Assembly: GCA_944385455.1 (NCBI GenBank)
Contig: CALWXI010000149.1
Location: 1 to 32,241, forward strand
Length of the DNA: 32,241 nt
From: an uncultured Oscillospiraceae bacterium
GTDB lineage: Bacteria > Bacillota > Clostridia > Oscillospirales > Oscillospiraceae
Reading direction: 5' to 3'
The position numbers were made by a program, and so were the translations under genes. Below are positions 27,030 to 32,241 of this stretch, piece by piece (position 1 is the first letter of the stretch; every line of letters starts with the position of its first letter). The notes beneath the pieces were generated by a model. That model saw nothing but the letters and a program-made list of their open reading frames with translations, was not told the DNA's origin and did no database searches.

Positions 27030-27808
27030 ACCGCGCCCTCCTCCGTTTCAGCGGGAAAGGGCACCACGATGGGAACGCCGCCGTGGCGGATGATCTGCAC
27101 CCGCATGCCGTAGACTGCCTGGATGGTCTCCGGGGTCATGACCTCCGGCCCGCCGCAGGCGTATACCCGGGAGCCCTGGAGGAAGAGAAAGCGGTCGCAG
27201 TAGCGCACTGCCAGATTCAGATCGTGAAGGATCACCACCACACAGATCCGGCGGCTGCGGGCGATGTGCCGCACCAGCCGCAGCACCTCATGCTGGTTCC
27301 GGGGGTCCAGACTGCTGGTGGGCTCATCCAGCAGCAGCAGCCGGGGCTCCTGCGCCAGGGCCCGCGCCAGGGCCACCTTCTGGGCCTCTCCGCCGGAGAG
27401 CTCCGCCATGCTGCGCAGGGCGTAGCTTTCCAGCCCCAGCTGCCGGAGGATATCCTCCACCACACGGCGGTCCTGCTCCGTGGTGTCCCAGCGGATGTAA
27501 GGCTTGCGGCCCAGCAGCACGGCGTCGAAAACGCTCATGGCGGCGGGGGCGATACGCTGGGGGACATAGGCGACGCGCCGGGCCAGTTCCCGGCCGCCCA
27601 TGCGGAATACATCCGCGCCGTCCACCGTCACGGACCCCGACTGGGCGCGGCAGATCCGGTCGATGCACTTGAGGAGTGTGCTCTTGCCCGCGCCGTTGTT
27701 GCCCAGCACGGCGACGCATTCTCCCTCCTCCACGGAGAAGCCTACCTGCTGCAGGACTTCCTCCGCGCCCCGGGGATAGGCGTAGGTGATGTTTTCAACG
27801 TGTACCAT
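27026..27808 (-). CDS. Metal-chelate ABC transporter ATP-binding protein (FecE/BtuD-type)
   Basis: GNNGAGKST, YVPQ, LSGGE, LLLLDEPTSSLD, LHDLN. Confidence 0.93.
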   Translation of the reverse strand: MVHVENITYAYPRGAEEVLQQVGFSVEEGECVAVLGNNGAGKSTLLKCIDRICRAQSGSVTVDGADVFRMGGRELARRVAYVPQRIAPAAMSVFDAVLLGRKPYIRWDTTEQDRRVVEDILRQLGLESYALRSMAELSGGEAQKVALARALAQEPRLLLLDEPTSSLDPRNQHEVLRLVRHIARSRRICVVVILHDLNLAVRYCDRFLFLQGSRVYACGGPEVMTPETIQAVYGMRVQIIRHGGVPIVVPFPAETEEGAV

Positions 27809-28880
27809 GGAACCGACCTCCTTGGAAGAGCAGGATGAGGAACATGGGTGCTCCCAAAAACGAAGTGATGGCGCCGATGGGCAGCACCACCGGAGAGACC
27901 ACGGTGCGGGCGAAAGTGTCCGCCAGGATCAGCAGCAGCCCACCCAGCACCGCCGAGGAGGGGATGAGATAGCGATGGTCGCCGCCCACAAAGCGGCGCA
28001 TGATATGAGGGGCGATGAGCCCCACGAAGCTGATGATGCCCACGAAGGATACGGCCACAGCCGTGGCCAGGGAGCATACCAGCATACTGGACAGCATGAC
28101 CCGGCGGGTGGCGACTCCCAGGCTGGCGGCAGTGTCGGGGCCGCTTTCCAGGGCGTTGTAGTTCCAGCGGTTGGCGAGGAAAAACAGCATGGAGGCCAGA
28201 AAGACCACCAGCAAAATGGCGATCTCCCGCCAGGTGGTACCGCTGAGGCTGCCGAAGGTCCAGAAAACGATGGCGCCGATCTTCGTCTCATCCGCGAAAT
28301 ACTGCAGCAGCGTACTGCCCCCGGAGAACAGGGAGCTGAGGGCCACGCCTGCCAGCACCAGTCCGGCCGGGCCGATGTCCCGCCGGAGGCAGGAGATGGC
28401 GATGACCGCCACGGTGGAGATGGAGCCGCCCACAAAGGCGCACAGCGTCACCAGAAAGGGACTGGTGATGGTGACGGCGGAGGAGGCGGAGGCGGAGTTG
28501 ACGGACCCGCCGGCCAGGGCCACGATGCCCACCGCCGCGCCGAAGGCCGCTCCCTGGGACACGCCCAGGGTAGAAGCGGAGGCCAGAGGGTTTTGCAGCA
28601 CGCATTGCATCACCGCGGCGGAGGCGGCCGGGATACCGCCCACCAGGATGCCGGAGGCCACCCGGGGCAGCCGGATACCCAGCAGCACGGCCCGGGACTG
28701 CTGGCCGCCTCCGCCCAAAAGCGTTCTCAGAATCTCCCCCAGAGAGAGATGGATGGAACCCACCCCTGCGGCATAGAGTGCGACGACCACAGTGGCGGCA
28801 GCCGCCGCCAGCAGGGCCAGGCGTTTTTTTCGGGTATAGGCCCGGTAGGCCTCCAGCTGGAAACGATTGTCCCGGCCCAT
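27795..28880 (-). CDS. FecCD/BtuC-family ABC permease
   Basis: IRLPR, QNPLASASTLGVSQGA, WTFGSL, GIISFVGLIAPHI, LPIGAITSFLGAP; ATG 28880. Confidence 0.93.
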   Translation of the reverse strand: MGRDNRFQLEAYRAYTRKKRLALLAAAAATVVVALYAAGVGSIHLSLGEILRTLLGGGGQQSRAVLLGIRLPRVASGILVGGIPAASAAVMQCVLQNPLASASTLGVSQGAAFGAAVGIVALAGGSVNSASASSAVTITSPFLVTLCAFVGGSISTVAVIAISCLRRDIGPAGLVLAGVALSSLFSGGSTLLQYFADETKIGAIVFWTFGSLSGTTWREIAILLVVFLASMLFFLANRWNYNALESGPDTAASLGVATRRVMLSSMLVCSLATAVAVSFVGIISFVGLIAPHIMRRFVGGDHRYLIPSSAVLGGLLLILADTFARTVVSPVVLPIGAITSFLGAPMFLILLFQGGRFHGTR

Positions 28881-28882
28881 AC

Positions 28883-29977
28883 TCACGCTCCCAGCTCCAC
28901 GGCCTGATAGCCGTATCCGGAGGCATTGAGGGTGTCCAGATAGTCCGCCTGCCCCAGGAAGAGTCCGAAGATCTCGGCGGCCTTTTCCTCGATGTTCACA
29001 TCGGAGAAGGCTTCGGGATAGAGGAGCTGTCCCACCCAGTAGGCGCTCACCAGGGGAATCTCCACATTGGTGGAGTGCCAGGTGGAGTTGGGCCACTGGT
29101 ACAGCTGCCCGGTCTGCACGGCCTTGAGCTGCTGGAAGAAAGCGGGATCAGCGGCGTAGTCCGCCTGTATCAGTTCCATGCTGCTGGCGTCGAAAAAGAG
29201 AATGTCCGGATTCCAGGAGAGGATTTGCTCCCGGTCCACCAGCAGCCCGCCCACGGTGTCCGAAATACCCAGGGCGGCGTCCTGGGCGGAGAGGACCTGG
29301 AACACGGGATAGTTGGCATAGACTCCGTCGATGCTGTGGCTGCCCTTGAAGGTAGCGCCGGCACCCAGCACCAGAGGCTTTTCCGCGCCGGGGATTTCAG
29401 CGGTGCGGGAAGCCAGATCCGCCAGAGAGTCCCGGATACAGGCGATCAGCTCCTCCGCCCGCTGCTCCGCGCCGCACACCTGTGCCACCAGGCGCAGCGC
29501 ATCGTCGTAGGCTTCGCTGAAAAGGGGGGGAGAGGCCACTGCCACCGTGGGGATACCGGTCTGGCTCTGAATGTCGTCGGCGGTGTCGGCGTCATAGGTG
29601 CAGATCACCACGTCCGCGCCGCTGGCCAGGATCTCCTCGGCGTACCATTCCCCGGCGCCCAGGGAGTCGTTGCCCACGTTGGGCAGGTCCTGCCAGAGCG
29701 CTCTGTTGACATAGGCGTAAGCCATGAGGGGGTTGTCGGTGTGCTCGCACTGGGGGACTGCCGCCACCTTGTCTGCAAGACCAAGGTAGGCGACCAGGCG
29801 GGGGGCGTTGCCCAAAGGAACAATGCGCTCCACCCGGTCGGGGACGGTTACCGTGCGGCCGCAGCTGTCGGTGATGATGCGGCCGGAGGATTCTTCGGAG
29901 GATTCAGCGCTCCCACAGGCAGTGAGGGTCAGACACAGCGCCAAGAGCACGGGGAAGAGGCGAAGGGTCCGTTTCAT
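28883..29977 (-). CDS. Metal-chelate ABC substrate-binding lipoprotein (FecB/BtuF-type)
   Basis: Signal peptide with lipobox LTA-C, ITDSCGRTVTVPDRVERIV, EQILSWNPD, LKAVQTGQLY; ATG 29977 with GAGGT RBS. Confidence 0.9.
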   Translation of the reverse strand: MKRTLRLFPVLLALCLTLTACGSAESSEESSGRIITDSCGRTVTVPDRVERIVPLGNAPRLVAYLGLADKVAAVPQCEHTDNPLMAYAYVNRALWQDLPNVGNDSLGAGEWYAEEILASGADVVICTYDADTADDIQSQTGIPTVAVASPPLFSEAYDDALRLVAQVCGAEQRAEELIACIRDSLADLASRTAEIPGAEKPLVLGAGATFKGSHSIDGVYANYPVFQVLSAQDAALGISDTVGGLLVDREQILSWNPDILFFDASSMELIQADYAADPAFFQQLKAVQTGQLYQWPNSTWHSTNVEIPLVSAYWVGQLLYPEAFSDVNIEEKAAEIFGLFLGQADYLDTLNASGYGYQAVELGA

Positions 29978-30013
29978 AAATACAATACCTCGCTTTTCTG
30001 AATTTGGGCGGCG

Positions 30014-30051
30014 AAAAAGAAAAAGGCATATGGCTTTTCGCCATATGCCTT
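30014..30051 (-). terminator. Intrinsic terminator inside the 5' leader of the ABC-lar operon
   Basis: AAGGCATATGGC-gaaaa-GCCATATGCCTT followed by TTTCTTTTT, about 36 nt before the ATG. Confidence 0.85.
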
Positions 30052-30148
30052 GGACATACGATTGCAGAAAAATTGCAGAAAAGATGTCAGCGCCGGAATT
30101 TGGGCGGCTTCGGCCCCCCGCGTCCGCATGGTGCGGACCATTGAGGAA

Positions 30149-30177
30149 AGTATACCCGATTCCGGAAAATTTGTCAA
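30149..30177 (-). promoter_or_regulatory. Near-consensus sigma-A promoter of the ABC-lar operon leader
   Basis: TTGACA-17 bp-TATACT. Confidence 0.85.
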
Positions 30178-30200
30178 GCTGCCTGCCTTCGGAACTCGCT

Positions 30201-31838
30201 TTACGCCGGGTCCGGCGCGGACAGGGCACGGCAGATGTTGAGAATGTGGTCGCCGATGCGCTCGAAGTCCGTGAGCATCTCGGAATAGAGGATACATGTC
30301 TCACCGGAGCAGACTCCCTGCTGGAGCCGGTCCAGCTGGTGGCCGCGGAAGGAGACGGTCATGTCGTCGATACGCTGCTCCGCGGCGGCGGCGGCCGTCA
30401 ATTGCTGGGCAGTGACAGGCTGGAAGCTGCCGGGGACCTCCATGGCCTGCAGCGCGGTGCTGCGCATCTCACGGATTTCCTGGATGGCGTTTTCAGAGAA
30501 GGTCAGCTGCTGCTGCTCCAGTATCTGGGTGTACTGGCAGATGTTCAGCGCATGGTCGCCGATTCGCTCCAGATCACCGGAGATTTTCAGATAAGCGCTG
30601 ATGAGGGCGGAGTCCTGAGGGTTTGTTTCATAGGTGATGACTTGGGAAATGTACTTGGTGATCTCCCGGTTCAAAAAGTCGATGTAGTCCTCTGTTTTTT
30701 CCACAGCAGGAAGGCGGGCGGAGCGCGCCTCCAAAACCGCCTGGAAGCTCTCGTCCACATTTTGCCGCACCATGGCGGCCATGCGGTCCAGCTCCATGCG
30801 GATGCCGTTGATGACGATGGCGGAATTGCCCATCTGGGACTCCGGCAGGACGCCCAGCGGTTTGATGTACTGAAGGGCCATGGCTCCGCCTTTTTCAGAG
30901 GGCTTCTCCGGCAGGATCCGGGTGACTGCCCGGGCCAGCTGCGTGCCGAAGGGCAGCAGGAGCAGCGTGGTGACGATGTTGAACAAGGTGTGCATATTTG
31001 CGATCTGAGCGGCGGGCTTGTCGGGCGTGAAGCCCTCCACAAAGGCGGTCAGAGGCGTGGTCATGCACAAAACGGTAAAAATGGTGGTGCCGATGATGTT
31101 GAAAAGGAGATGGATGATGGTTGTCCGCTTGGCGTTGCGGCTGGTGCCGATGGAAGCCAGTACCGCGGTGATGCAGGTGCCGATGTTCTGGCCGAAGAGC
31201 ACGTATACAGCGCTGGAAAGGCCGATGAGGCCGCTGCTGGCCAGTGCCTGCAGGATACCGACGGAGGCGGAGGAGGACTGGATGATGGCAGTGAAAATCG
31301 TGCCGGCCAGGATGCCCAGCACGGGATTGCTGAAGCGTGTCATCAGGTCGATGAAGGCCTGGGATTCCCGCAGAGGCAGCATGGCGGTGCTCATCATCTC
31401 CATGCCCAGGAAGAGAACGCCCAGGCCCGCAATGATCTGACCGTAATGATGGAATGCGGCCCGCTTCAAAAAGACCACCATGGTAACGCCCACAAAGGCG
31501 AACAGGGGAGCCATGGCGCCCACGTCCAGGGCGATGAGCTGGCCGGTGATGGTGGTGCCGATGTTGGCGCCCATGATGATCCACACCGCCTGCTGCAGCG
31601 TCATCATGCCGGAGTTGACAAAGCCCACCACCATCACCGTGGTGGCGGAGGAGGATTGGATGACGGCGGTGATGCCCGCGCCCACAGCCACGCCCAGAAA
31701 GCGGTTGGCGGTGAGCCGCTCCAGGATGCGCTTCATGCGGTTGCCGGCGGCACTCTCCAGGCCGCTGCTCATCATCTGCATGCCGTAGAGGAACAGGGCC
31801 AATCCGCCCAGAAGGCTCAAAACAGATTCCAGATTCAT
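30201..31838 (-). CDS. Na+/Pi cotransporter family protein with C-terminal PhoU-like repeats
   Basis: GGLALFLYGM, two QSSS motifs, GANIGTT/GQNIGT, two ERIGDH motifs. Confidence 0.94.
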   Translation of the reverse strand: MNLESVLSLLGGLALFLYGMQMMSSGLESAAGNRMKRILERLTANRFLGVAVGAGITAVIQSSSATTVMVVGFVNSGMMTLQQAVWIIMGANIGTTITGQLIALDVGAMAPLFAFVGVTMVVFLKRAAFHHYGQIIAGLGVLFLGMEMMSTAMLPLRESQAFIDLMTRFSNPVLGILAGTIFTAIIQSSSASVGILQALASSGLIGLSSAVYVLFGQNIGTCITAVLASIGTSRNAKRTTIIHLLFNIIGTTIFTVLCMTTPLTAFVEGFTPDKPAAQIANMHTLFNIVTTLLLLPFGTQLARAVTRILPEKPSEKGGAMALQYIKPLGVLPESQMGNSAIVINGIRMELDRMAAMVRQNVDESFQAVLEARSARLPAVEKTEDYIDFLNREITKYISQVITYETNPQDSALISAYLKISGDLERIGDHALNICQYTQILEQQQLTFSENAIQEIREMRSTALQAMEVPGSFQPVTAQQLTAAAAAEQRIDDMTVSFRGHQLDRLQQGVCSGETCILYSEMLTDFERIGDHILNICRALSAPDPA

Positions 31839-31936
31839 GGTAAGATCCTCTCTTCCCTAACATGGCGGTAGAAATACACCGCGCAAAAAAGGAACGACCC
31901 CCAGTCTGCTGCGGCCGTGAGTCTTTCCTTAAATTA

Positions 31937-31965
31937 ATTGTAGAAAAAAGGAAAAGGCGTGTCAA
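31937..31965 (-). promoter_or_regulatory. Sigma-A promoter of the Na/Pi cotransporter
   Basis: TTGACA-17 bp-TACAAT. Confidence 0.78.
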
Positions 31966-32019
31966 GACGGCAGGTGCCGCCTGCGCTGTTCTTGACAAAA
32001 TCTTAATACCCGGGCGGAC

Positions 32020-32052
32020 AAAAGGAGAGAGCGGCGCTAGGCCGCCCTCTCC
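32020..32052 (-). terminator. Intrinsic terminator after the SASP-like gene end
   Basis: Minus strand GGAGAGGGCGGC...GCCGCTCTCTCC-TTTT. Confidence 0.75.
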
Positions 32053-32068
32053 TCTCCAAGCAGGATCG

Positions 32069-32106
32069 TTACAGGGACTTCTCGTAGGACTCGATCATCT
32101 TCTTGA
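32069..32106 (-). pseudogene. 3' end of an alpha/beta-type small acid-soluble spore protein gene, joined to unrelated sequence
   Basis: Translates to KKMIESYEKSL*, resembling the clostridial SASP C-terminus (normally preceded by GSVGGxMV); upstream codons do not match SASP. Confidence 0.6.
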
Positions 32107-32241
32107 ACGTGTGTCCCGTACGACTATCGTCGGCGACAGCTATTGCGGCGACTGCGTTTTCGCTTGGCTTCTCGCTTGCACCAATGATGTTACCTGCGCG
32201 AACTCTGAGATTTGCCAGATACTTTTCCGTGACTTCACCGG

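Noticed and set aside
31992-31997. Plus-strand TTGACA
   Set aside because: No -10 hexamer at suitable spacing.

Overview
High-GC, spore-former-like Bacillota DNA (Oscillospiraceae-like, by inference). Left ~12.7 kb is housekeeping: the 5' third of tmRNA (minus strand, cut by the window edge), SDR, cyclophilin, a membrane protein and smpB; then a Nudix hydrolase, walR/walK/yycH/yycI-like genes, murA, a yycJ-like MBL, rlmH and a phosphosugar mutase. At 12.8-21.06 kb is a terminator-bounded four-gene operon, the best candidate for an undescribed system. In it, a Cache-GGDEF*-EAL-GGDEF protein and a multi-TM-GAF-GGDEF*-HD-GYP protein flank an ICMT-like membrane methyltransferase and a divergent GH3-family adenylating enzyme. 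Next come a malic enzyme and an Rrf2 regulator. A minus-strand operon follows: FecBCD/Btu-type ABC importer, SAM methyltransferase, FmdE-family protein and larE-larB-larC, with no larA, behind a strong promoter and a terminator-containing leader. The right end has a Na/Pi cotransporter and the 3' end of a SASP-like gene joined abruptly to unrelated sequence. No transposase, integrase, CRISPR array, rRNA or tRNA was seen. All family calls come from motif recognition, not database searches.
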